64,000 nucleotides of DNA from Epiperipatus broadwayi (taxonomy: Eukaryota; Animalia; Onychophora), in NCBI GenBank assembly GCA_028023455.1, contig JAQFVV010000001.1, forward strand, positions 31,248,001-31,312,000, given 5' to 3'. Of this stretch, positions 28,190 through 41,717 are shown one piece after another. The notes under the pieces were generated by a model, which had not been told where the DNA came from, ran no database searches, and worked only from the letters and a program-made list of their open reading frames with translations. Positions within the stretch are counted from its first letter, which is position 1; every line of letters starts with the position of its first letter. The position numbers and the translations under genes were made by a program.

Positions 28190-29010
28190 TGGAAAACCAT
28201 TGTGAGATTAAAAAATAATTGGAAGAAGAAGGTGCTGTGGGTAAATTTGAATAAGGAGGCAAATAAAAGAGTAAATTTATAGAAAATGAAAACCTATATA
28301 TTATGTATACTTAAAAATACAGCAGAAATAAGCATAGAAATATTGAAATGAAAAATAGCAGAGTTAAATTATATTTTGACTAACATGAAATTTTATAATT
28401 GCCTTTTGCTTAAGAACTGAGTGCAAAAAGTGATAATCAATTAGTGAGGTGTAAAATGTGTTTTAATACAAATCTAAATGGACAAAGGTTATTAAGAAAA
28501 ATCATCTTAGTAAATAACAGCTCTAAACTATGGTGAATTTAAGTTAAAAGATTCAAACTGTTATAAATCATTAACAGACTTCAAAGTGCAGTCAGAGTTG
28601 AATGAAATTAATACAGTAGTAAAACATAAACATAAAGCAATTAACTAGTAAATTTTCAAGTGAGACATTTATGAAAAAATACTATGCAATTACTACAAAA
28701 TGGCCCATTCACAAAAATTAGTCTGAAATTTTATAAACAATACAAAAAAAGGTAATGATGATGTAAAGAAATATGAATATGAAGTAATAAGGAAAACTAT
28801 AGATCAAATCAATAGTAACAAAAATATAAAAGAATAACTTGGTAGTAGTGAAGTGCTTGGCAAAACAAAAAAATATATAGTAATAAAAATAAAAAAGCAA
28901 AATATATCTACAATTATTACATTATTTTATGAATTCCAAGTATTTTAAATGAAGAAGTAAGATCTGGAATTGAATCTATGAAGAATGGAAAAGATCCAAG
29001 AAATAAGATA
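28190..29010 (+). pseudogene. RTE LINE remnant: AP endonuclease end, linker and RT start
   Basis: AVGKFE*G...FIENENLYIMYT (~28235-28310), SDNQLVRCKM (~28430-28460) and PSILNEEVRSGIESMKNGKDP (~28937-29000). Confidence 0.7.
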
Positions 29011-30519
29011 ATAATTATAGGTATATTTTTAAAAATTGTTGCAAATCTGTAAATGATAAAGATATAAATTTAGTGTAATTATTATAACAACTTTTCAATA
29101 ATTTACACTTTAATAAAAATCTAAACTTTATATGCCTTACCTCATTTTTAAATGTAAAATAAAACAAAAACATTTGTACTAGTATGCAACAACTTTTCAT
29201 TTCAAAGTGAGCTCAATTTCCAATAAAATGATAAAAACTGTATGTTTCTAACTCATATAGCTTCTTTATATCACTTTTTTTTAAAATATAGAATATACTT
29301 TTCTTTTTTTTTAAAAAAAATTCTTTATAGACAAAAAAAAATGACCACGACATTATATAAAATGGACATTTAAAAGAAAAAAAATAGACACATTCTAGTA
29401 AGTACAAAAATTAATTATTGTATTTTTTTAATATTGATTTATTGTTATAGTAAAATATTTCAATAAATTATTATTATTATTATTTTTAATTACTTGTTAT
29501 TATATTAATAAAATTAAATTAAAAGTTGGTCTACCTATAAATATACGTTGTGTGAAACTTATGATTATATGCTTGTGTGAAGTGTATAAATATATGTCGA
29601 CACATGCATTTGTGTTATTTTATATATAGTTGTGCTTTCAGATTATAATTTGTTAATGTTATTCTTAAATAAACATTTAAAAACAAATTATTATATAATC
29701 TAAAATTTATTTTCTTAGAAGGAAAGACTTTCCCCCTAAGCCATCAGGTGGACATGGCTTGAAAATGAAAAAAAAAAATCTGCTATTATGACAAAAATAC
29801 TAGTATAAAATTATGATGACTTCTGTTATATATCATTTTTATTAAGATTTCATTAAATTGATTAGTAAAATTTTTATTTAAAATTTAAATATTAAAATTA
29901 ACAATTTATTAATAAATTTAACTAAGAACTTTTCAAACCATTAAATTCATTATTTTTTAATTGTCGTTTATAATAATTATTATATTTTATCAGCTTTATT
30001 AAAATTTATTTTATGTGCGTTTTAGAAAATATAGAATATTTTAGTTTTGACTTTATGTAAAGTAAATTTATAATGAAAATTTTATTCGATCAAATTTATA
30101 AATGGTAAATATGCTTAGCACATGCTGTAGTGAAAAGAAATATATTATGAATTACGGTCGCATTTGTCTTTTAATTTATTGTATACAAATATTTCATTTA
30201 GGTCATTACTATTTATCTATAGAGAAGTTTGGATTCAAACCAGTGAAAAAGTAAACTGAAATTTAAAAGCAGTTATAATTTAGTAGCTTTATAGTCACAG
30301 ATATTTAATTGTATAAACTTTTCTGCAGTGCTTAAAGCATTGTAAAATCAATACTTTGATTCATAATATTATTAAATTCTGAAATATATTTATCAAAATG
30401 GAATAGCAGTGACTTCATTACATGGTTGTACTAAGATATATTTAATTACATGATTTTCTCCAGAAATTTTTACCATAATTTATGGGAAATATTTTATGAA
30501 TTAAAAAGGAAGATAAGAA

Positions 30520-31260
30520 AATAATATAAATAGAGATTAGTTATGTCATCTAGATTTTGCGGGTAATGTTGTTACTTCAGAAATATTATAAGTATCTTCA
30601 GCTAAAAGCAAAAAAGTAGGACTAAAAATAAATGCTAAAAAATACTACAGCAATGCTGGATTTCAAAAAAGAAACAAAATAAAGATTACTAGCAGTATTA
30701 AATTACAAATATTTTAGTCAGATTATTAATAGAGATAAAAACATATCATAGAATTAAATGAAATGTTTTTGGTAGAAATACCTTAATATCAAAATAATAT
30801 ATATATATATAGTTTAAATATGTTATTATTTTGAAGTTTTTTACACTTGAGAAGTCTGCTTATAGCTGTGAAACCACCAGTTGTGTTTTAGTTTATTTTT
30901 TGGCTAGTCTGGTTGAGATGTGAATTTGGGGTAATTTTGATTATATATATATATATATGTTAAAAAAGATTTTTAATCAATGTGTTTTTCCAGTGCAAAA
31001 CCTGAACACTCAATAGAAAAGCAATCCACAGACTTAAACAGCACAGAATAGTAGATATATATTGGGATTAATAACAAAAATCAAATATATAGATGAAAAA
31101 AGCAATAGGTATCAGTGACATCATAAAAAGATTCAAGACATTGAAACTGAAATTTTCAATTCGACCCTAAGATATAAGTGAGAAAGGACAAATGAGATAA
31201 AAAAATTCTAGATTATTATGAGATTGTCATAACCGAATTGGACTGATAATGATTAAAAAT
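30520..31260 (+). pseudogene. RTE LINE RT C-terminal remnant (probably continues the 28.2-29.0 kb element)
   Basis: HLDFAGNVVT (decayed FADD, ~30546-30575), KVGLKINAKK, AYSCET (~30858-30875) and GISDIIKRFKTLKLKF. Confidence 0.68.
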
Positions 31261-33391
31261 AATAATGAATTTGAGATTTTTATATAGTAACCAGAAATAG
31301 GCTGCTTGCAATAATTTATTCAAAGAACTTTGCATATATATATACACACACAGTAATGCATATGTTTTAAGTACAAAAAATTTCCAGCACTCAGTGCCTT
31401 TCGCCCTTCATGGTTTTGTGCCCCTTACTTACTCCATTAAATATTTAATATGAACTGGTTAAACTAAAATTAAATAATTATCAATAAAGATGTTTTTTAT
31501 CATTAAACTAAACCATTAAGTAGATTTATATTTAAAATGCTCATTTTTATCTGTCTGAAATGTTTTATTTATACAGTATTATTGAATCTTAATAGGTTTC
31601 ATGCTAATGTTTCAAGTAATGTCAGAAAACTAATAAAGCTTTAAACTTTTTACAATAAAGCTAGGGCATTTTTTTAAAAGACAAAATATGAAAGTTGGTG
31701 TGCAACAGAATCTGACAGAGTTGTCGGCATGCAGAACTATCCTCATAAAATCATTTACAAAGAATTCATATGTGAGAGAGTGATGGAGAGATAAACTAAT
31801 CAAATACTGCAGAGTTATCTATCATCTACTCTACAAAACACCTCTTTGTAATGGAAGTTATAATTGCCATTTATTATAATAAAAACTGTCAAGTCTAAAC
31901 TGTAATTCTTGAAGAAACTGAACAATGACCTAAAAAGAAACTGAGCATTTATTGATGCTAAACTTTTTATTTATGGTCAAAAATATTTGAAAGTTTTTGT
32001 AAACTGTTATTTTCATTATAAATAACTTAAACTAAAAACTTTTTTTTAAAAGAAAAAGTTATATATATATGTAATTGAATTATTATCAATTAATCTTTAA
32101 AAATGTGTGACATTAACCAATTAAATATTAATTTTCATTTAGCATAAAATTAATCAGTTAGTATTTTTGAACACTTTAGAATTAAATCATACCTAGATCA
32201 TTTTTAAAACTCTTCTTACTACAGACATTGAATGCTTTTACCTTACTTACATAGGTCTTTAAATTCAAATTTGTATTAATTTTAAGTAATCATTTAACTA
32301 ACATAGCCATCCACCTAATAGTATTTAATTAGAGAGGATTTGAACCTAGATTTTAAACCTCCCTAACTTGAAAGTCTGGGTAAAAATCTTTTCTGATTAC
32401 ATCTAGCTTAAAGTATATATGCTATACACGTATTTAAATATTACCAATATCTTTTAATAAATGATTATCTTGAATGTAATCAAGAGGATAAATTATTCAC
32501 AGGCGAACTTGATTAATCAAATAATTTGATATGCTAACCATAAAGAAAAAAACATATTTTACATATGTTATAATATTTGCTATCTGGTGACAGAAATATC
32601 ATAAATTTATAGATGTGGAGTCTTTTTAAGACAAATGAAATATTTTATTATTTAAAATTATAATGAAATATAATTTTAAAACTGTAGTAGTCTTCTCCTA
32701 GAAAATTTACATACTTTTTATGAAAGTATTCTAAGATGTAATTTAAAATAATAATCGTCTTTATTAAAAAAAAAAAACTGTGTAATTCATAATAACTATA
32801 TAGCATGTTATGTTCACTTATAAATATCTAGTTCAACGATCACAACATAATACTTAAAAGATATTAAAGTTTTAATTTTGTATATTATAAACATTAAAGT
32901 ACATTAATATTTATAGCTTTACCATGAAATAGAGTAACTTTAAATAATAAAAATTAAAATTAATATTAAACATGCAAAAAATCGTCACTGATTTTTTTTG
33001 TCTTGTAAAAAAATAACAATAACAAACTAGTCAAGTACTTAACCATTCATTTGATGTTTGAGCTTCCAATTGGCAAACTTAGTCTATTCATTTGATCAAA
33101 TAGATATGTTTTTTTTCCAACTGAGAATTGGTTCAGACTTCTTTAGTTTTTGTGATTGGTATTTATTTCAGCTACACAATTTGTGACCCATGATCTGCAT
33201 GAATTGATCATACTTTTTATGCATCTTTAAATACTTCTATCTTATTTAGAAAAACAAGACTTTATAATATAATAATATTTTAATATTGATAATAATATAT
33301 TCCAATGCTTTTATGAAGAAAATGAGAAAAAAATATATATGTAAAAGAATAGCTTGTATATCTATTGAAATTATTATTATTATTTAATTTA

Positions 33392-33537
<146 letters not shown>

Positions 33538-36447
33538 AATAAAAAATATATGCAGATAGTAGATAAAATAAAATATTATATATATTGATCAGATTAATAA
33601 ATCATCAAAAGATACAACAGCTAACCAAAGTAAAATTTTATTAACATCTGGAATCAAGATATAAAATATGAGTGATTTAATACAATATCTAAATATATTT
33701 AGATTTCAGTAATATTTGTAAACATGCAAAACTAAAGTCATTTGCATTACAAATACATATATATTTTCTGTTCTGAATTTTATAAATTATTGTAAATTAT
33801 ATTTTTAATTATTTTCTTTATGTTATAATAATAAAATAGAAGAGGCACAAGTATTTAGGGTTTTATAAATAGAACCAGCAAACAATACAACTTAGATGTA
33901 TAAGCTGCATTTTAAAAATTGAAAAATGGAGTAAAACTCTTTGGACTTTCCAGATTTAATATAATCTGCTTTGGATTCTAATGTTATTTAAGATGCTTTG
34001 AAAAAACATACAGTAATAAACAATACTATTAAGGAAACACAGAGAAGAAATAATATTGGGAAAGATATTTCCATTAATATTACTTATGATCTTAACTCCA
34101 GATCATTTAAAAAACCAAAATATTTACACAGAACTATAAAACAAATTCAGTTTGTCATCAGCTTGTGCTTTTTGTTTCATCATCTATAATGTACATTATT
34201 TCAGCCACCACAAATTAAATTATGGTCTCTGAAAATGAAAAAAAAAAGGATATCATGTTTAATAATAATATATTTATGATAAAAAATCTCCAAATTCTGT
34301 ATCAAAATAATGTGTGAAGTTTCATAGCAATCATGACTAGTTGCCATGACAGCAAGAATGATCACACTCTTTCATGTTGTCTAAGTTATTACAAAAAAGG
34401 CTAATCTAGACATTGGTAACTGAAATTTAATTCATAGTAGACATTAATAATAATATAATGGTTTAAAACTCAAGAAGTTTGAAGTTTGTGTGATCTCTGG
34501 ATTTTGAGATCCATATACCATCACTCTATTACTGCTTTAAAATGTTTAGAGTATAGCATACATTAAAAATATATGATTAAGTTTGATTTACATTCATATT
34601 TCTATTGCAGAGCCACTGAATACTTATTTAAATAATCTCATGGAAAATTCCATACTTCTTCATTATTTGCTTATTCTATGAAATGTTAAAATGAATTATT
34701 TGATGATTTTGTGCTGAATCAAGTTCTGAGACTCACGAAAGTGTAAATAAGTTGCATTATTAAAAGGAATTTTATTGTAATATTAGTACAATATGTGACT
34801 TACAAAACAATCTCTATATCTTAGTATTTCTAATGTTAAAAAATAATTTATTAAATAATCATCTTCTTATATTTTCAGTAAAATAACTTTTGATGATATA
34901 TCTATTCTCATAATTCAACTTTTATAATGTCAATTTTTAGTCTCAGTCAATTCTTATCTTATCATTTTATAACTTAATTATTAATGAAACTTAATAAATA
35001 TAAAATGCTTAAATCAGTCATAGTTACAATTATTTTTATCTATGAAAGCTTTCCTAAACATTAATTCTTACTTTAAAAATATTTCATTAGTCACATTATG
35101 AAATGTATCTATTATACAATTTTGTCAAAATAAATTGCAAATTGGCTCCAAGAATTCCATTCATTAATGTCACCAGTGCTTGTATGATAAAACAGAAAAT
35201 CATATATGATTAATTGGAAGCAGAAATCCTTGATGGGATTACATTTTAATTTCATATAGAAAATCTTTCTGCTTTTGATGTAAGAGATTTGAATTTATTG
35301 ACACAAATTGGCTTAAACATTCTACATCTATTATAATGTGAGATATAGTTCAATATACAACATTAATAATATATATATAATATACTCAAGCTTGACTTAG
35401 CATATAGGCATTCATTTTTTTTAGCTAAATCAATTGAATATCCAGAAAATCTAGAATTACCATGTAACATAAGTATATCACAGAGTGATATATTTATGTT
35501 AAATGAATTTTATATTATTGAAATTAGTCAAATGAATAATCACTTATATCTAAACATATGTAACTAGTTTTTATGTTTATCTCTGAATATTTTTCAAGAC
35601 AGTAGATAATCTTAGGATTATGTGGTGATGTTTTTTTTCTCAATCATTTATAGATATTTTCTACTGTTATTGATACTTGGCTATAATCTTGAATTAATAA
35701 AAAATGAAAATCAGAAAAAATGTATTGTAATTAAAATGTACCATCTTACATTTATTAATCTATATTATGGCTGTCAACACTTGTAAATCAATATGACCTT
35801 CTTGACTCCAAATGTAAAGTGAGTTGCAAAAGCAAACACAATAATAAAAATATATTTGTACAAATCAAAGTGTAAATTTCTGCATATGAATGCAGTTTCT
35901 TTGTCTCTTTATTCAACATTCTGCAATGTTGTCTTAATATTGGTAAAAGCTTTTTAACTATGAAAAACGTCAACAACTTTTGCAACTTTTTATTGTATCC
36001 TATTCTCAGTGATGATCTTCTAATTAAAGCATACAATATAAACCTTCCTGAATTTTCATTTAGATCATCCTTATAATGTGAACAGAGAAGTTCACTTTAA
36101 AATATTGTAGGAAGATTTTTACACATCCATACATTTAATATAAACAATCCCTTTAAAATATTCTCTTAATATTATACATGCAATATCATCACATTCACCA
36201 AGTTAAAAAACACCATTCTCATGGTAGCGACATTATAATTTCAGAACATTATGGAATTTAAAGAGTTGTTTTCCATTGCTTTTATGTTGTATCAATAGGA
36301 ATACAATAAATTTGATATACAAAAACCATATAGACAATTAAATAAGTTGTATCACTCTGATAAAATAAGCTGTCTTTTAATTTATTAGGCATACTGGAGT
36401 CCTTTGTGCATTTTAAAACTTAAGATATTTAAACAGATCCTCACCAC

Positions 36448-36472
36448 ATACACACACACACACACACACACA
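36448..36472 (+). repeat. (CA)n microsatellite
   Basis: Direct reading. Confidence 0.95.
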
Positions 36473-38372
36473 CCAAATTCTACGTCCAATCCAAAAGTTG
36501 CTGAATATTTTTATTCAATCACTGGCTGATAAATTATCCAAAGTTTTAAATATTAATAACTAAACCAAATTTTTGTAGAATATATTGAAAATATTAAAAC
36601 AATTCTATATATCTTCAAATTTGAATGAATGACCCCCTCCCCCCATTTTGTGAATTTAGAAAAAAAAAAAAAAAGACATCAACTTTTTGTTTTTGATTAG
36701 TCATCTAAGGAAGCCCATTTGTATTATAGAGCTGCTCTGGAATAGTAATTTAAAAACTGAGTCATTTGAATTAAAGTCAGACATTCTATAAAAATGACTA
36801 CCAGATTTAAATTTAGTTTAAATTTTATAAAAGTTTATAGATGATTTTGTAAAATAGGCACTAAGATGAAATGATTATCAACAAATTTTTATTTCATATT
36901 GATGCTTCTTTTATTATGTTATTTACAAAACTGTTATAAAATTAAAAAAACTAGAAGATAATGAATAATGTTTTTTTTTTTTTTAATGTTTAAAATTTAA
37001 TACTATGAGCAATAAAACTTTGTGCTGTAGCTTTATATAGCATTTATATAATATGAATAAGTTTTTTTGGACAATCATCTATTTTCAAACATTGTCACAA
37101 TTTTTTTTTCAATTAAATGAATTTTTTTTTTTGACCCAACTACAAAAGCAATACAACATTTTTTGTATTATTCAGGCAACAAAAGTCATTCATATCTATG
37201 ATTGTTTAAAATCCCACTTAGTATTTTACAACCACTTATCTATAAGTTAAAGTAACATAATTACTAAAACTAGTGAAAGTACTTTTTACTTTATTAAAAA
37301 ACAATGATATTCCATGATAATTACAATAGTTTTTTTTTATTGTTATTTTATAAATTGGAATCTTAGATACATCCATATTTCTAAAAATTCTAATTAGCAC
37401 TTCTTTAGAGATTATATCAAAATGCCACATTTTTCTGTTTAAGATTAAAAAAGAAATTTTAATTTCATAAAACTGGATATCTCTGTAAAAATCTAATTGA
37501 GTCTGTAGGACAGATATATCATTAAATGCAATTAATTAAAATTTTGTATCATTATTCAAATATAATCAAAATATTTTTAGCAGATCACAATATTACCATT
37601 ATCATATTAAATATTATTACCCTGATTTACATTAAAGAGTATTATACTAATTTAATTGCATTACACTATTGTTTTTCTTGTTTCTAAGCCACTTTCAATG
37701 CATCAGCCAAAAATCTAAAATAAGCATAATCCATTAATGACTGAATCTACTATGAGTTTTAATCCACCAATCATTCATTCATAAATCTTAAATTGCCAAG
37801 TAATGAATCAAATTTAACATCAAATTATTGCATTTATGTAATTATTCAATCAAATAAAGGCATCATGTTTACTTTTAATCAGTCACTAATATTACAATCA
37901 TTATAAGTAATATTTACTAAGGCTGCAATCTTTAGGAATAAACATCTGAAAAATTTGAAGGTAGGGACCTCTACAGGTCTTAGCCACAAGCTTTCACTAG
38001 GAAGAAAAAACTCAGACTTTTAAATGAATCTAAAACAGACTTATGTATCTACAATACAATCCTTAAAATAATTCCACGCTTTAATAAGGCAATCTTTTTA
38101 AAATTTGAGATTTTGGTGCTTAGAATCTTAAAACTGTGCTTAATTAACAGTTATTTCTAAAGAATATTGTCCATCCACTATAATATTTCTCTTACAGCTA
38201 AAAAACCATCATTATATCAGTTCAACAAATTATTTCTGTCCAATGTTATAATTGTACTGTAACTATTTTTCACATTCTGGTTAACTTTTGTAAAATCAAA
38301 CTATTATAAAATTTAATGATGCAATTAAACAAATCCCCAAAGCTGCTACAGACAATCATGAAACTTTAAAAT

Positions 38373-38439
38373 ATGAACACTATAGTGATCTGCTTACTTA
38401 TGTATATCACCTTGATGCATGTCATAAATACTGCTATTG
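38373..38439 (+). CDS. Candidate first coding exon, signal-peptide-like (MNTIVICLLMYITLMHVINTAI, phase-1 donor)
   Basis: ATG at 38373, 22 codons plus 1 nt, followed by a consensus donor G|GTAAGT at 38440. Could be chance in AT-rich DNA. Confidence 0.25.
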
Positions 38440-39284
38440 GTAAGTTACATTTTTTACTCAAATCATACACAAATTCTTTATCATGTTTCTATTTCCATCA
38501 TTACAATTTGTTTCCTCAGTTGTAAATCTGTTTTAATTAAACTTGTTCTTTTCTACATAATTTCATTCTTTCACAAGAACTGGAATTTATATGGCTAAAT
38601 TAAAAAAAAAAAATTCTTTAAAGATGTACTAACTTCTATTAATTTTCTAAGTAAATTACTTTATGCTGGAAAAACTTTTTATAGATCAAGTTCTTGACCA
38701 CATCAATTTAATTAACCAATTTCAAATATTTTCTAGACAAATATAAAAAGCCATTTATTCTTAATATATTTTCTGGACATCACTATATATTGCTAACTTT
38801 TATCTAAATTTAAACATGTTTAAGTAATTTTGTCTACAATTTTGTCATCATCTGTCTTCAAAGTATATTTTTATAAACTATGTATCATTTTCAAATTTAA
38901 GTTTAATTCTGTTTCTGCATCTGGCCAATATAATAATCACCAGAAGATATATTTACTCCTGACCTATATGTACTTTTCCTCACCAAGGCTAACCACTTTT
39001 ATAAAGTCAATCAACCCTAAGCTGCTCTATCCAGATATGATAAAAGTTTTAAGCTATTTGGTACATTTATTTATTCTTCATACTCTTGAATAATATTTGA
39101 AACTTATATTTCGTTTTATTTAACTATATGAAGTATAATTTAAAATGACTAAACCATCACATGATCACCATTTTCATAGCAAACTCTTCAGACAGCAATC
39201 CCACCCACTATATGCTATAGTAATCAATGGATGCTAGAAAGTTTGTACATAAAATCTCTATCAAGTGCCTACTCATCCAATATC

Positions 39285-39322
39285 TCCAGACTAATTTCTA
39301 GTTTGTGGCTTTCATCAATAAA
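39285..39322 (-). ncRNA. Minimal HHR motif, family B (degenerate)
   Basis: TTTA TTGATGA AAGC CACAA ACT A GAAA TTAG TC TGGA. Confidence 0.55.
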
Positions 39323-39475
39323 GAACTTTGGATCTATATGATTATATAAACTTGGATTGGAAACCTTATTGTGTTTATATCTTGGGTTCATAGCTTTATA
39401 GTTAACTAAATAGGTAAAAGGTAGCTGCATATTAGATCCTAAAATCTAGGTTTAGTGCTTTCAGGTCCAAGGCTC

Positions 39476-39513
39476 CTCACCAATGAAAGCCATAAGATAG
39501 AAGCTAGTCTGGA
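39476..39513 (+). ncRNA. Minimal HHR motif, family B (degenerate)
   Basis: CTCA CCAATGA AAGC CATAA GAT A GAAG CTAG TC TGGA. Confidence 0.5.
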
Positions 39514-39617
39514 AATAATGGATGAATAGGTGCTAGATAGGGACTTTATGCACAAATCATCTAGCATCAATTGATTACTATAGTTTTCACTGGGTGGCAC
39601 TGCTATCTAAAAAGTTC

Positions 39618-40800
39618 GTAGAATTTTTATTGGGAGATATTAAGTTAAGTGTTGTAAATAGATATAGTTATTTGGGAATTATTTTAAGTAATATTTGGAT
39701 GAATGGGAAAAAAAATTGATAAATGAAGTAAAAAAAAAAAAAGAAAGGGATTGATAAAGAAATTAACAGTGTTTTCATATAATAAATATGATGTAGTTAG
39801 AATTATATGGAAAGGAGTTGCAGTAGCAGGGTTAACATATGGTAATGATGCATTATATGTTAGTAAAGAGGTATTAAATTATTTAAAAAAAGTTCAAAAG
39901 GAAGTAAAAAGACATGCATTGGATGCAGATGCATGGACAGCAAGGGAGGCAATTGAAGAAGAAATGGGATGGTCAAGTTTTCATATGAGAGATGCAAAAA
40001 GTAAAATGAAAATGTTTGGTAGATTGCAGTTTATGGATAATAAAAAAAATAGCCAAAATAGTATTTAATTGGGTTATGAGTAAAGGGCAGGTAGCAAGAT
40101 GGATGAGAAAGGTAATGCGGTATGCAAAAGATTTGGATAAAGAATTTATATCAGTATATTTTTTACAAAAGATGGGATGATTGTGTTAAGAGGATTGTTG
40201 AGTGGTGTAATAGTAAGGAATGGTATAAAAGAATAGATTTATTAATAAAGAATATGGAGTTAGAGAGATGAAGAAATAGTATGGAGAGCAAAAAGTGTTT
40301 AAATATATTTAGAAATAAACAGAATTTTAGGTGTGCGTTAATATATGATAATAGTAAGGAAAGTAGTTTATTATTTAAGACTCGAATGGGATCTTTAGCT
40401 GCAAGAGAATATACATGTAAATGAAAAAAAATGGGCCATTTATTTTGTAAATTATGTAAAAAAGAAATAGAAAATATTAGGCATTTGTTAATTGAATGTA
40501 AATGCTTGAAAACAGAAAGGGTACATATAATGAAGTTGTGGAAGAATGAATATGAAAAAAGTGATTATACATAAAGTGAATTTTTATGCTGGGTTTGGGA
40601 AAAGATAAAGGGGATTTAGATATAAAGATTATAGAGTTGACAAAGATTATGTTGTGGAAATGGGATGGAGCAGAATATGGGAAAATTTAGAGTGGGGAAT
40701 GGAAAATGAAGTAGCTAACCGGTTTATCTGGGCATAATTGCGGAGATATTCTTGACTTCGTTTAAAGAGAAGTCACCATGCATCACATCACATCACATTA
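39618..40800 (+). mobile_element. 5'-truncated APE-type LINE (RT C-terminus, CCHC, (ACATC)n tail); clade not determined
   Basis: VVNRYSYLGI at ~39650-39680. ORF 39751-40068 has RIIWKGVAVAGLTYG...EMGWSSF. CKLCKKEIENIRHLLIEC at ~40445-40500. Tail catcacatcacatcacat at ~40781-40798. Confidence 0.85.
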
Positions 40801-41697
40801 CAGTTTTAAAGTATAATTTCTTTAAAAAAACAACAGGATTGGTTTATTCTTATATATGTTTTTAAGCTGTTTTTTTTTTTTTACAATGTCATAGTTACGA
40901 CTTTCTCCTATTTAAACAACTCTACTAAGAAAGTTATTATTTGTAATAAGTCTGTATAATAATATAACTTTGGTTTAATGTACTCTAATCTTTTAGTGAC
41001 TAAAAATTTTGTAAGTTTATTATATTAAACTTATTCAATTATTTAACTCTAATATATAAATTTCATTGTATATATTATAATTTATGTATCAAAGCAATAT
41101 TTTTAATTACATATTATAATTCATTCATGTATTATTAATAAACATTTACTTTAAAAATTCTAGATAATTCAGCAAATTATTAAGGCTAAGAAAGCTGTAT
41201 ATATTTTGAGTTAACATATTTATTAAGACAGAACAATCAACTTGAAAAGTTTGTATATCTTTGGAATAACCATATTTAAAGTTTTTGATATTTTTAAAAA
41301 ACTCTTAATTTAATATTGTCATGGGTTTTTTTTAGGATTTTACAACTTCTAAATAATATCTTCATTTTTAAGAGCCTCCTGGCATAAAGATTAGTAAGAA
41401 GGGTCAAGCAAATTTATAATAAATAGTACCCGTGAAGTAACATTTATGCAAAAGAATGTATTTATGAATTACAATACATTAGTAAAAATAAATCTCCTAC
41501 AGCTTTAATTAAGGTACTTGGTGCTATTAATTTGAAATTGAAAGCCAATTCTTGGACTGCTTCTGTTCCTTCAATTATGTTTTTAAGAAGCAATATAAAC
41601 TTACTCAATCTATTTTGGCTGAATACATGTCTACTAATAAGGCCAAAACATTTTTGGCTCAATCTCATAATGGGTTGAAAGTGTACATTTCCCTGGG

Positions 41698-41717
41698 CTC
41701 TCTCTCTCTCTCTCTCT
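41698..41717 (+). repeat. (CT)n microsatellite
   Basis: Direct reading. Confidence 0.9.

Larger units (their letters stand above)
39150..39616. mobile_element. Family B foldback with two outward-pointing HHR motifs
   Basis: 39181-39335 is the reverse complement of ~39455-39616. HHRs at 39285-39322 (-) and 39476-39513 (+). Confidence 0.8.

Noticed and set aside
29015-29200. Signal-peptide-like MKSCCILVQMFLFYFTFKNE followed by GTAAGG on the minus strand
   Set aside because: Composition is explained by AT-richness and no downstream exon was found.
31385-31425. GGGCGAAAGGC on the minus strand as a ribozyme core
   Set aside because: No CUGANGA with stem II upstream.
35750-36300. ECDDIAC and related motifs on the minus strand as a LINE RT
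   Set aside because: Motif spacing is inconsistent; cannot be supported.
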